From contig OX597832.1 of assembly GCA_951406725.2 (NCBI GenBank), positions 37,882,001-37,946,000 of the forward strand: 64,000 nt of DNA, read 5' to 3'. A model generated the notes under the pieces. That model was not told where the DNA came from, searched no databases, and saw nothing but the letters and a program-made list of their open reading frames with translations. The translations under genes and the position numbers were made by a program. This document shows positions 1 to 13,305 of the stretch, piece by piece. The number at the start of each line of letters is the position of its first letter. The stretch's first letter is position 1. Source of the stretch: Octopus vulgaris (taxonomy: Eukaryota).

Positions 1-151
1 ATTTTTTTAATAGAAATATTTAGGATAGTGTAAAATATTAGATTTAGGAAAATATGCTAAAAGATCCGCCCGTGTATGTGTATGGGTGTGTAATTCATTC
101 ATCTGGAAATTTCATTCTCAGCACCCGTTAGATTACCAATTCGGATTACAT

Positions 152-218
<67 letters not shown>

Positions 219-224
219 ATATAT

Positions 225-385
225 ACGACGGGCTTCTTTCAGTTTCCGCCTACTAAATCCACTCACAAAGTTTTGGTCAGCCCAAGGCTATATTGGAAGA
301 CACTTGCCCAAGGTGCCACGCAGTGGGACTGAACCCGGACCCACGTTGTTGCGAAGCAAGCTTCTTACCACACAACCACGCCTCT
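225..385 (-). mobile_element. SINE family A (tRNA-derived, CORE-like), 5' half
   Basis: Reverse complement contains B-box-like ggttcagtccc and CORE-like ggcaccttgggcaagtgtctt; near-identical to copies at 54603-54998 and 58216-58720. Confidence 0.85.
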
Positions 386-409
386 GCCTATATATATAAA
401 TACATACAT

Positions 410-620
410 ATGTGTGTGTGTGTTCTTTGTCCTCCACTACTGTTTACAATTGGTGTCTGATTATATCTCCGTAACATAGCGGTTCGGCAAAGGCAAACGA
501 TAGTATAAAAACCAGACTTAAAGAAATGTCCTGGGGTCGATCCTTTCAAGTAAAACCCTCCAAGTTAGTGCCCCCGCATGGCCGCAGCCTAATGACTGAA
601 GCAAGCAGAAATTACAAAAG
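410..620 (+). mobile_element. SINE family A, 3' half (diverged)
   Basis: tagcggttcggcaaa...gtcctggggtcgat...gcatggccgcagcctaatgactgaagcaag matches the 3' half of other copies in the window. Confidence 0.75.
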
Positions 621-624
621 ATAC

Positions 625-655
<31 letters not shown>

Positions 656-1264
656 ATTGCACATACATTTTTATGTATACACATATATTTTTATGTATGA
701 TATGTATAAATATATGTATGTGTGTATACACACATGTACTCGTATATTTAATATTTGTGTTGACGAACGTGATATAACAACCATGTAAGTTTTCCTGTTG
801 ATATGTGCATACCATTATTGCAAAAAAATATACACATACATACCTTAATTATAAAAGCTTCTACACACATGTGTATGTGAAGTTGTATATATTTATTTAC
901 ATTGTGTGTGTATGTATGTGCGTTTACATTACACACCTATATATAGCTATTCTGGTATTTAACTCCAACAGATGTTTTACAAATGTCGGACTTAACCATA
1001 CAGCATATACACCCATTCAAATTGACATACATGCGCCCCAGCGCTTTCATGTTTCAACATATACATAAAACATACACAAAGGTAAATAAATGATAGAGTC
1101 GTACATATGAATGTGAAGAAAAATATTAGATATATAGGTATATAATCTATTGTAGCTAACCATACTGGGGTACTGCTTAAATCGAACAAGTCAAGAAAGA
1201 TACTAATTATATATACATATGCACATATATATATATCTATATGTATCCGTCTCTCTCTCTCTCT

Positions 1265-1307
<43 letters not shown>

Positions 1308-1439
1308 GAGAGAGAGAGAGAGAAAGAAAGATCCAACATAAAAATAAGACTTTAAATGATGATACCTTAATTTACATGTATGTGTGTATATATATATATA
1401 TGCGTATGTACGTATCTATCAATCTATCTATCTCTCTCT

Positions 1440-1686
<247 letters not shown>

Positions 1687-1934
1687 CACGCACATACATA
1701 TGCGTGCATGTGTGCGAAACGATGTATACAAATAGAGCGAATGAGTGTGAAGATTTGCAGATATCCGAGTGTATCTTTTTTAAAAACCAACCGGAGTTTG
1801 GCAGACTCTTCCCAGAGTTATAACGGCTGTAATGGTGGTGGTCGTAGATAATGACGGTAGTAGTAGTAGTAGTAGTAGTGGAGCGATTTAGAAGGTAATG
1901 ATGAATGCTAAGAGAGAGATATTCATGTGTAACA

Positions 1935-2130
1935 GTGGAGGCGCCGTTGTCGTCACCCGGCACCGACATCAACAGCAGCGCGGCCCGGCGTGACATGCGC
2001 CTGCGCTCTGCTGTACTGTAACAGTTGCATCAGCGGCGGCGGCGGCGGCAGAGGTGGTGACGCAGTCCGTTAAAGGTTTGGCGGTGAAACTGTCAACAGC
2101 AATTAGAAAGGAAGCGAAACGCAGCTGAAT
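1935..2130. promoter_or_regulatory. GC/CpG-rich island, candidate promoter or 5' UTR
   Basis: Sharp GC/CpG enrichment in an AT-rich background; (GGC)n run; NRF1-like tgcgcctgcgct 1996-2007; CRE-like gtgacgca 2057-2064. Confidence 0.35.
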
Positions 2131-2369
2131 GTTATTCACACTTCACGTATGCATACATACATGTACGTGTGCGTGCGTGTATGCATGTATATATATATAT
2201 ATATTTATTATATGAAAATTTCGTGGCTGTAGAGAAATGATGGCAGCGGTAGTTTTATTATTGTGGGTGGAATTTAAGTCAAGGTAGGTGTGGTTGTTCA
2301 TCAGTGGGACTGGTGGCTGATAGGAGTGGAGTGATGGAAGTGGTGCTTTCTACTAATTCATATATATAT

Positions 2370-2402
<33 letters not shown>

Positions 2403-2570
2403 GGATGGGTGTTGATTTTTAGGTACATATAAAAAAAAAAGTAATGCTGTTTATATTTCTATTAGCTTAGGAGCAACGCGAGTTGAAGGACTTTTAAGTT
2501 TCAATACAATCTATTACCCTATCATCTATATATCCACCATCTATTTCTCTCTCTCTCTCACGTATGTATG

Positions 2571-2640
<70 letters not shown>

Positions 2641-2713
2641 AGAAAAGCAACAAGAATGGATTAGTTGTTCAGTACAATATATATATGTATGTATGTATAT
2701 ATATATATGTATA

Positions 2714-3050
2714 ACTTTCTCCAGCACCATCTTTTATTTTATCTACCTTTCTTCTGCTCTGCCTCTCTAATACAGTTTAATTAAGATGTCAGCTGACATC
2801 TTTTTTTTTTTTTTGGTTGCAATGTTTACAAGCAGAAATAGAAAAGAAAAATGAATCAATAGTTATTGTTTGTTTTATTTTTCTTTAAATTAACAAATTT
2901 TATTACAAGAAATGTCAGACAAGCAAATCCAACACTCAATTTTCGGTGGAAGGAAAACAGTCTTATTAATAATAATTATTTCTTACACAATACATACAGC
3001 GAAGAATGAAAGTACACTCCATTATACATATATATTTTGTTTTTATGGAT

Positions 3051-3095
<45 letters not shown>

Positions 3096-3299
3096 TCACA
3101 CACATATATACACTGACGGATGAAATACATATATGCATTTCTTGTAATAAAATTTGTTAATTTAAAGACAAAAAAAAAGCTATTGCTTCTTTTATTTTTT
3201 CTGCTTGTAAACATTGCAAATAAGATGTCAACCGCTTCTTAATTAAACTGTATTAGAAGCAGAGCAGGAGAAAGACAAAGAGATGGTGCAAGAGAAAGT
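2714..3299. repeat. Long imperfect inverted repeat (arms 2714-2914 and 3136-3299, 221-bp spacer)
   Basis: Perfect reverse-complement blocks: 2882-2914/3136-3168 (33 bp), 2817-2838/3198-3219 (22 bp), 2766-2786/3237-3257 (21 bp). Confidence 0.9.
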
Positions 3300-3517
3300 G
3301 AGATAGATAGAGAACATGAGAGAGAGAGAGGAGTATGGTTTTGATTCACTCTGGTAGAGATTTAGAGAAGGATGATAGAGAGAAGAGAGAGAGTGAGAGA
3401 TAGAGACGCCGGTGGAGAATTTATGAGCACACAACAAATACTCAATAGCACAGTAACAAGAAGCGTACATACATTTACGCATACAATACTCACACAAACA
3501 CATTAATCCATACACAC

Positions 3518-3571
<54 letters not shown>

Positions 3572-4034
3572 TCATATATATGCTTATACATATACTCATG
3601 CATCATATGTAGATAGTCGCATTGAGAAGCTGAAAGATATTCCGTCAAACGTGAAGAAACAGTGTCTTTAAACAATGATGCAATAAAAAGCCAACCATAG
3701 CAATTAAAACAAGAAGTAGACCGTGATGAGGTTAGCGAGTGAAAAGGAAATTTTTTTGCTTCTTTCCATGAAACTAATAAGTCATAATTAACAGGTAAAT
3801 AAATTTAAACTGTAGAGAAGTTGAAGAGGGAAGGGGGAAAGAAAAAAAAGAATGCGTGCGTGTGTGAGAGAGAGAAAGGAGAAGGAGAGAAGGAGAGAAA
3901 CTGTTGAGACCAGAGAGAAACAATAACATGGATAATATGATGGGAGCAAAATTGTTAGAATACAGTTTTTTTCATCGTTAATTCTGTTTATGGCTGACAT
4001 GTATACACTGTCCCCACCCCCGCACACACATACA

Positions 4035-4155
4035 CAAGAGGAACTGAAAAGTTCCTGGCTTTAGGTAAAAGAAAATACAAGAGGACCAGTTAATGATTTC
4101 ACTCAACATATTCCCTCTTTCAGATTCACCCACTTATTGCAGCGGCCCTTCAGGC
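4035..4155 (-). mobile_element. mariner-type 3' end remnant
   Basis: Minus strand reads R-C-N-K-W-V-N-L-(frameshift)-G-E-Y-V-E, like the mariner C-terminal KCxxxxGxYVE motif, followed by a TIR-like tgaaaagttcctggct end. Confidence 0.55.
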
Positions 4156-4224
4156 CTTTCGGGATACTCTTATAGCCAAAAACTTTTCTGCACCACTCGT
4201 ACTAGACACGCTCGGGTGGCGGGT

Positions 4225-4378
4225 ATTGCTGAATACATCGACCCCAGTATATCATTGGTACTTTATTGGCTCGGGTTATAGAAGAAAGAAAGTTAATGTT
4301 GGGCTTCGAACTCGTAAAGAAACACTGCAAAGCATTTTGTCCGATGTTCAGACAATTCTGTTTCGATCCTCCTCGCCT
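4225..4378 (-). mobile_element. SINE family B, diverged copy
   Basis: tacatcgaccccagta...tggtact and gcattttgtccga match the reverse complement of the 37261 copy. Confidence 0.55.
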
Positions 4379-4924
4379 CAACAGAATAAGAAGGAATATT
4401 TATTAGAAATACTAAGATATGTACAAAACATTCTACAATTTGAGATCCAATGAGGAAACCTTCAAGTGATCCTCCCTTGGTTCTGCCAGGTTTGAAATAC
4501 ATTGTCCCAAATAAAAACGTGTAGTCATCTATAATTATCGATCCGTTCTATTGTGGATGCCATGGATCGAACGGCGGCAAATATAATACAGCTAATCTCG
4601 TTTATTGTGGATGTTCAGTTGAAAAACATTACGTGAAACGAATTATCAATGAGTAAATAGAACATATAAGAAAAATAGGTTTCGCTGCGAGGCTCTAAGT
4701 TGTCCTGAGTATTGTGGATGGTTGCTCGGGACACGCTTTTGTGGTTCAAGCTCTGCGTTTGATTGATCACAGATCAAGTCATGATAAGTGTTTCACGGAT
4801 CGTAGTTAGCACTAAGGTTTTATCTAGGATCCTTTGTGAATGAATCAGTTACAAACGAGGATAGATATATATAACTTTACTCTGATCACGTTAACGGACA
4901 AAACAACAATACAAAACTCTTTTA

Positions 4925-5200
4925 TTCTTTTGTTTGTTTCTGTTCTCTGATTGCGGCCATTTTGAGGCAGTGCCTTTGCCGAGTATTTTAGTCGATCAGA
5001 CAGCATCTGGTGGTTATCGTGGGACTGGTGTTTATTCAGTCAGTCGATATTTTACCGAAGCATTAAATTATGGGGATATGAACAAGTCTAAACCAATAAA
5101 AGACAAACTCAATGCATACGTAACACACAAATACATTTGATGGGCTTCTGCACAGTTTCCGCCTACCACATCCACTCCCAAGACATTGGTTGGGCGGGAG
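4925..5200 (-). mobile_element. SINE family A, old diverged copy
   Basis: ttgcggccat...ttttagtcga...gggcttctgcacagtttccgcctacca..tccactc in collinear order. Confidence 0.6.
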
Positions 5201-6013
5201 GTGTAGCAAAAATCCAAAATACTGCTCAAAATAAGTGAAACTGAAAACAAGTGGATGCGAACTTCTTAACTGCAAAGATCTCTTTGCGTCTAAGCACACA
5301 CACACGCGCGCACACACACAATTATTTGCATTTAAAAAGGAACAAGGCAAAAAAAGAATAATGAATTATTTATCGCTGATGTGACTTTAACTTGCTAATT
5401 AAATTAAAATACAAAACTTAGCATATATTAATGGAAAGATTGATTGGAGATCAAAATGATAAATCTTAATTTATTATTACATCGATACCAGAATAATCAT
5501 TGGTAGTCGTTAATATGATCAAGATGATCATATTAAGCGGGGGAGCTTGCAGCAAAGGTGTTCAACTCGCTCGTCACTAACGTCATTTAGGGAAAGCAAC
5601 GGGACCCTAACTCATAGTAGAGCTTTTTATCCTCTAAATAGAGGAGAGACAGTCATGGCTGGAATGCTTCTGCATCCTCATTGGTCATTCATCAGTCGCC
5701 CTTCCCCACTCGCCTGTTCACCCATCTGTATTACAGAAATATTACTCTAATCCTCCATTCAGCCCTTTAACAATATGGCTGCCAAGGTGATTAACATCGA
5801 ATTAAGTATTTAGTCTAACATCAGTTCGTGTTGACCTTAAATGGCAGGGTCTCGTACAGATATACCGACGCCTCTTGTTGTTACCGCTGTTGCTGCTGCT
5901 GCTGCTACTGTTGTTATTGATGGTGGTGATGGTGATGTTGTTGGCATTGTTTTTGTTGTTGGCGTTAATGTGTTTAGCTTGATTTACATTCCGCCAATAA
6001 ATTATGAGCAATT

Positions 6014-6045
<32 letters not shown>

Positions 6046-6339
6046 TGAGATAAAAAGATTGAGACGGAGAGAAAGAGAGTAAGAGGATAAAAGAAGGAGA
6101 GTCAGAGTGAGTGAGAGAGAGAGAGGTACTGAGAGACAATGCCTGAGAATCAATATGGTGGTTGTGGCGAGAAAAAGGAGATTTAAAGAGTTAGGGTGAT
6201 CATGATGTTAAAGTTTGCTGCGGGTGTAGGCGGCGCGCGGAGGAAAAGGTGATGAAAGAAATAAGATAGACAGCAACAACGATAAGCCATCCGCAACGGC
6301 AAGAGCAGGAACCTAAGTCAAAGAGAGAGAGAGGCTCTA

Positions 6340-6545
6340 AATGGTCGCTCGACATGCTAGAGATAGTAGCCAAATAATCCTCAAATCACACCTTGAAGTA
6401 TTCGAGAAGGACACGGTTGGGTTAATGTGATCCTGGTTTCTCTGCACGTGAAAAATAGGTGGAGTGGTCACGATTGGAATACCATTGGTAATAGGTATCT
6501 TCTACAAAGGCCAACTGAGAGCTAAACAGCAGTAATAATAATAAT
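6340..6545 (+). mobile_element. Short retroposon-like repeat (family C) ending in gctaaacagcag(taa)n
   Basis: Related fragments at ~6575-6605 (+), ~8405-8435 (-) and ~29865-29925 (-); simple-repeat tail. Confidence 0.45.
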
Positions 6546-6764
6546 AAGACTATAAACTCAAATCGTTTGAAATAACAGCGAAATGTTCTTCAAATCACAT
6601 CACTAACGATACTACCTCAACTATAACGACCACCACCACCACGAACAACAACCACAATAACTACAACAAAACCAATGACTGTGATAACACCCGAGATGTT
6701 AACAGCATTATCAACTTGTCATCTTCTATTTGTGTATACATGTCTATATACATGTGTGTGTGGC

Positions 6765-7066
6765 TTTGCATGTATGCATGTATGTATGTATGTACGTATG
6801 CATGTATGTATGTATGCATGTATGTATGTATGTATGTATGTATGCATGCATGCATGTATGTACGTATTTATGCATATGCATGTATGTACGTATTTATGCA
6901 TATGTATGTATGTACGTATGTATGTATGTATGAATGTATGTATGTACGTATTTATGCATATGTACGTATGTATGTATGTATGTGTGTGTATGTACGTATA
7001 TGTGTATGTATGTATGTATGTATGTATGTATGTATGTGTGTGTGTATGTATGGATGTATATGTATG
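6765..7066. repeat. (TATG)n compound microsatellite
   Basis: Directly visible tetranucleotide array with a recurring gtacgtatttatgcatatg variant. Confidence 0.95.
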
Positions 7067-9047
7067 AAGATACCGCCTTGAATGAGTTTGGATTTGTGTA
7101 TATTAGTGTGTATATGTTCTGAGTAAACGATAGTGCGCCTATGTGTGTGTGTGGGTGTGTGTCTATGCTGTGCTGAAGGAGCAAGTTCACGGATTAAAGA
7201 GAGTACGGTCAATTGTGTAATTAATTAGATTACAAACCACAACTCCACCCACCATCACCAATATCACCATCACCACCACTCCTGCAACAACAACAGCAAC
7301 ACTACGGCATCAATAACCATAATTACAATCATTATACACCGTACCATCAGCCCAATAGCAATAAGAATAATCATAGTAGTAGTAGTAGTGTACGCCACCA
7401 CCGACACCACCACCTTTACCACAACCATCTGCCATCACTAAACTGCTCGCTCACCACCACCACCACCACCACCGCCGCTACCATTCTTGCTGTCACTATC
7501 AAAGAGCATGTTGACAAGAGCATTGTTTCAATGACACTGATCCGCCGATTACAATCAGCACCACACCGACCCCCGGTAACCCCCACCACCCCCACCACAC
7601 CTATACTTCACTCTGCACTTTCATCGTCACATCTATCCACAGCTTTCGCCACCCCCTCTCCAAACCCACCACCACCGCCATAATTATACTAACTACCCCC
7701 CCTTCCCCCCTCACTCCCGCTTTCTCGGTCTTTATCGCAGGATCCATCAAGATTTTTTTTTTCTACAGAAATGTCACACCGCAGATAACTTGATAAGGCG
7801 TTTTTCACTTCAGTTTACAGAACCCCTCACTCTCTCTCTCTCTCTTTCTTTCTCTCTCTCTATCTATCTATCTATCTTTCTACCTCCCTTTCTTTTTATC
7901 ACCATTTTATCATATATATACTCACAGATAGGCTTATATACACACATTCTCTTCCTCTCACCGTCACTCCAGCTTACCGCTTTTCCCTTATCACCACACA
8001 CTCACACACATACATACACACACACACCGTGTTCCAACCTTCTTACTTTCAGTCTTTCTTCTTCACTCTTTGTCATCGTTCCTCTTTATCTTTTTCTTTT
8101 ACCTCTATTTTTTTTTACATACATTTCCTTATATATACCCTCTTCTTCACAAATCGATCAATTTATTTATCTCAACACGGTTTCAATCCTTAGTTGCAGC
8201 AATTTCCTACCACTTGCATCGCAAATGCTCTTTCCGATGCCCAGCTTCCCATGCATAACGATCGTTTACTAGCACTAGCATGAGGCTGTGATGACAACAA
8301 TGACAACAACGACGCCCCCGCTTCATCGCTGATGATGCTTTCGCTGTAGCGTATCTGCAACTACATCATCAAATGTGTCCCTTTTTTAAGACGACGACGT
8401 GGAATTTAAGTGAGATTTGGGGGCTATTTCTCGCAAACTACCCTCCCACATAGTTACCATTCTTACTATCACCAGTAGAATGCTATGATTCTTTGACGAA
8501 AGGATACAACCGATGAAAGCGATCCGGGAATGTGCCTGATATGAGACAAAGTTAATAATCTTTGCTAGCAGCCGAGCTCAAAACGAAGAAGTGAAATTAA
8601 ATGATGTTAAACAATGAAGCACCACTTATACCTTTCCTCCCATCCACGGCGCCCTCTTATTAGCTTATATTGATCAAACTAACACCAATAATGTGTGTAT
8701 ATATTTATACACGCATGACGAAATATAAAAACATTTATATCAACAATATGGTTGTAATGTAATGAGTTGAACAGCTTCAGTTCGCTAAAGATACTTTATG
8801 CATTCCATGATTGTTGCTTTCATCAGCTTGGCTGACATGTAGTTGGGATCAGTACTATGCAAATCAGGCTCTCCCAACACACAGACGATGGCTGTAGAAT
8901 CAATAGCGGGTAGAAGAGAATATCTTGTATCTTTTGCAGAGCTATGCGATCAGAGTTCAAATCCAGCTCAGAGTCAGTAGGGTTTTAATCAGGGCTCTAC
9001 AATTAAAGTACTTTCCAACAACTAGAATTGATTCTTATCCTCTTTTC

Positions 9048-9107
<60 letters not shown>

Positions 9108-9135
9108 TTACCTATCTATCTATCTACCGATCTAG

Positions 9136-9640
9136 ATACAAAATGGGACAAGAACGCAAAATATCCGGACAACTAGGTGATACAAAAAGAGACAACAAAA
9201 CATGCAGAAAGACGATACAAAAGAAAAACAAGGACGGGTCATTCGAAGCCTTTTATCCCCAGTCAAGAACCGGATCATCCGTCTGTTCATCTCTCGGTCT
9301 GTTTGTCTCGGTATCGCCTACATTGTTGTGTGTAAAAGATCTTAGAGGGTTCACAGATAGCCTCATCACTTTTCAGTGATGTAAAATACTTAGTAAACCA
9401 ATTCTCATAAAATATGTTACCGAAATCGTAGGAGGACGGTTAATTGTACAATATATATAAATATATCAGAGGAAAGAAATTAAGGCGACAAACGAACGCA
9501 TAAACAAACTCACAAACATCAACATAAACACCCACCAGACATACAACAATATTCTCAGAGAGGAATGTTAAAAGAGACAGTGCAAACACACCAGAAAATC
9601 AACCACAATAACTCCACAATATAGACGGGAATAATAATAA
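9136..9640. mobile_element. Interspersed repeat, longer copy of the family at 1478
   Basis: Shares two exact blocks with 1478-1560; flanked by (TCTA)n and (AAT/AAC)n; right boundary approximate. Confidence 0.55.
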
Positions 9641-9988
9641 AAATAATAATAATAATAACAACAACAACAACAACAACAACAATGATAGCAGAAACTGTAA
9701 ACTGAACAAGGAACAGCTGATAGAATCTACAAATTAAAAGACGATGCTTTCAGGAGAAAGTCGCCATTAAATCCTACTTAATAATATTACATGAAACACC
9801 AAGAATCGTAATTAATATTTTGCCTAAAGATATTAACTGTGATAGTAGTTTTGTTATTACTCTCACTCTCTCCTTCTCCCTACTCTCTCTTCTCTCTCAC
9901 CCTCCCACCCACCCCACATATTATCAGCTTGGCATTCTGATATACACATACACATGTATACATAAATCGCGAGCATTCATGCATACAC

Positions 9989-10022
<34 letters not shown>

Positions 10023-12984
10023 TTGCAGATGTGTAGATATATCTATCGGCGTGTGTCTATCTATCAACACACACATGTAAATATGTGTGAGCAAGTGTGT
10101 GTGTGTGTGTGTGCATGTGGGTAACTACACAAGTAACCCAGAGCGTACTAATAGACTTCACTAATTAACGACACATGCAAGACGTAGGTACATCGTCAGA
10201 AAGGCGGCTTAAAACAAATTATACTTTACGAAATGTGTATCCAACAAACTGTTCTTCTCCAACATATTGAATGTTTCTTTTTTACTATGTTTTTGTTCAT
10301 TATATACATCCATGTTATTGTGGCAAATACCCTAAAATAACCGACATTTAGATAAACGGGTGCAAAAGGTGCAGACCGAATGTTTAGTATATAAGAATAA
10401 AAATCGTTTGTGCCTCTGTTTTACACATACAGAAACGTATGTATATGCACTTGTATGCCGTATATAGGTATGGGTATATGTATATATGCATATACATACA
10501 CACACACGTACTATAAAAATAGTATAGTGAGCTTGCCGTGAGGAGCGGAAGACCTAACGTTTCTGTTAGTGTCCGTCTTCAGGGAAAATTTGAAAGGAGA
10601 AATAAATGAGACCCTTTATATCGATTTTACTGCACATGTCTTGCCTACAGACTCCAACCATTTTAGATCCTGTGTGTGTCTCTGTGTATATATATTAAGT
10701 AATCTTCAGGCACTGAAAACATGGCCTGTACAAATAACACATCAAGACAATAGAACAAGTGAACCTATGAGGGCAAAAAGTGGAAGTGTGCTAAAAAGAA
10801 AAAAAAAAAGAAACGAAAGAGAGGGATAAAAAAGGATTAGAGTTATGTCTCCTTTGACCGTAGAATCATAAAGCTAGATGATGTAGAATCAACACAAGGG
10901 GTCTAAAGTCTGAGATGCAACTGCTCAATCCGGAGAAAGTGGTGTTCTCCAATTCGCCAAAAGGAACTTGTCAATATAGTTGCATTTGCAGAAAATTTCT
11001 CATTTGGAATTCAGCAGTACGGCGGAATACTTAGATCTAAAAAGGATAGGCAATCTTTCAGATATGCTAAACTTGCATTTTTTAAAATCCATTAACATAT
11101 GACATGGATTTTTCTACGATTCTTCACTTCTTAGTATGTGGCGTGGAGTTGGTCTTCACTTCCAATAAGTGGATAGCCAACATACTGGCTTTATTTTTGT
11201 TCACATACCGCAAAGACAGGTAGTTAGCACAGTGTCTTTTTATGTCACGTTCGCATTAAACCGATGTAATTCTCCGTTTTGGTTTTGTAATGTAGTGTTG
11301 CTGTAAGTTCTGTCACATGTATGATGGAGTTTATCATGGTCGAGTGGACAAGCTCCAGAGTCTGGACAGTTTCAACTGGGAATGGGCTTTTGGTGATGTG
11401 TACTGGTAATGTTCTTCATATCGGGACAGCAACTACACGATAATCTAATTGGTTGTCTATAATAGATCATTATCAGCTTGTGACTTTCAAGGAAATGCTT
11501 ATTTAAGAGAGACAGGAATCTTCTACCTACGTTAGTTTTAACATTTAGGGAGAAAAGGTGGAGCGAACCAAATTATTTTCCTAGGTCTATTCTTATCTTT
11601 GAAGCCACTGTTAGCTAGAGCATTGTTATAGTAGGGAGTTGCCTTAACAATTTCTTTAGAAGACATAAAGCAAATAGCAATCCCCTTCGACATGTGTATG
11701 CATATGCATATATCACATATGTATTTGATATTTATGGATATAAGCGCATTATGGTCGATTGGTTAAGAAGCTTGCTTCGCACCAGTGAGGTTGTAGGTTC
11801 TATCTTATAGTTTAGTATTTTTGGCAAATGTTATTTTCTTAAGCCTCACTCCTAATCACGCCACATTTGAATAAAACTGAACTGAGAGAAACTATATAGA
11901 AGCCCACCAGATAGATTGTACTTGCGAATAAGAATTCATGTATTAATGCTCTACCACTTATAGGAAAATGCACGAGTAAGCAATTCAGCTGATCGTGCAA
12001 CAAGATCCGCATCATCGAATGACGGACATCTTTCATGAATGCTCAAACATATAGTTTCCTTTTTTAGTTGAGCACTTCATTCTAAACAAGAAAAAACATT
12101 TTTCTATAGGTGAGTAAAGAACATAATGTTTATCGATAATTACAAACGTTTTGAAACTTCTTGAAGTAGTAGTTTTAACCGATGAAATAAGGAAATTAAA
12201 TAACGTAGACAACTGAATCACGGCAACTTTGAACACCTTTCTTCTAACCAGGAACGTTTCAATTCTGTTTGTGATTACTGATAAATGTGAAACACACATA
12301 AACTATATCTGGCGCTACAGAAAGGTCATCTACTTGATTCAAGTAATTAATCAAAGATAAGTATTTAAAATAAGTATAGATAAGTTTTCTGCAAGGGTTT
12401 AATCTCTCAAATAGAATATATTTACTATGCTTTCCTAATTTGTAAATACTTTTCTTTGCATGCGATGCGTTTCGTTTTACAAACATTATAACGGAAAGGC
12501 TCCGATTCCCAGGACTCAGTGTTGTTCGTTTCCGATCATCTCCTGGCAAACCGAACTTGGTTTTCTTTTGAATATCGTCTGCTTGAAAATCTTTTGAAAT
12601 ATGAAATGAAATTTTGAAGGAAACATTTATCGTTATGTTCTTTCGTTTACAGGTCTTTGTGCGCGACACGTGCAAAAACGGTTGTTTCAAGCTCACGTTT
12701 TTGATTTCATTTCTTGTTCGCGTCATGAACGCCATTCAATCGAAATTATGGTATTGCGTCGCTGTTTAAGCAATATTCTTAATTAATACTTTCAATTAAT
12801 GTTTTTTTAAAAAACAATGCGGTCGTTCATTTTTCAGCTGAAGATCGAAAACGAGCAAATTTGAGCATTGGACATCGGAGCTTTTCAGCAATGTACGTAT
12901 TAAAGAATACTTTACATTTGTATTGAGACCTGAAATTCATCGCATCTCTGTGAATCAATAGAGATTTATATATATTAATGTGTG

Positions 12985-13200
12985 TGTGTGTGTTTTTGTA
13001 TTTGTCCTCCCATCACCATTTGACAACCGGTGTCGGTGTGTTTACGTCCCCGTAAATTAGCGGTTTGGCAAAGGAGACCGATATAATATGTACTAGGCTG
13101 TGTAAATATGTGACTGTGTGTAACATCCGCTATGCAGCTCCATGTCAAACCGTCCAACGCATGCCAGCATGGAAAGTGGACGCTAAACGTTGATGATGTG
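12985..13200 (+). mobile_element. SINE family A 3' half followed by an RTE-type SINE tail
   Basis: tgacaaccggtgtcggtgtgtttacgtccccgtaa...gtactaggct, then aaaccgtccaacgcatgccagcatggaaagtggacg-(tga)n, related to 26017 and 47335 fragments. Confidence 0.7.
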
Positions 13201-13216
13201 TATATATATGTGTGTG

Positions 13217-13251
<35 letters not shown>

Positions 13252-13273
13252 ATGATATATATTATGTATGTAA

Positions 13274-13305
<32 letters not shown>

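Noticed and set aside
12259-12735. 158-aa non-repetitive minus-strand ORF
   Set aside because: No recognisable domain; composition typical of AT-rich non-coding DNA; cannot be supported without a search
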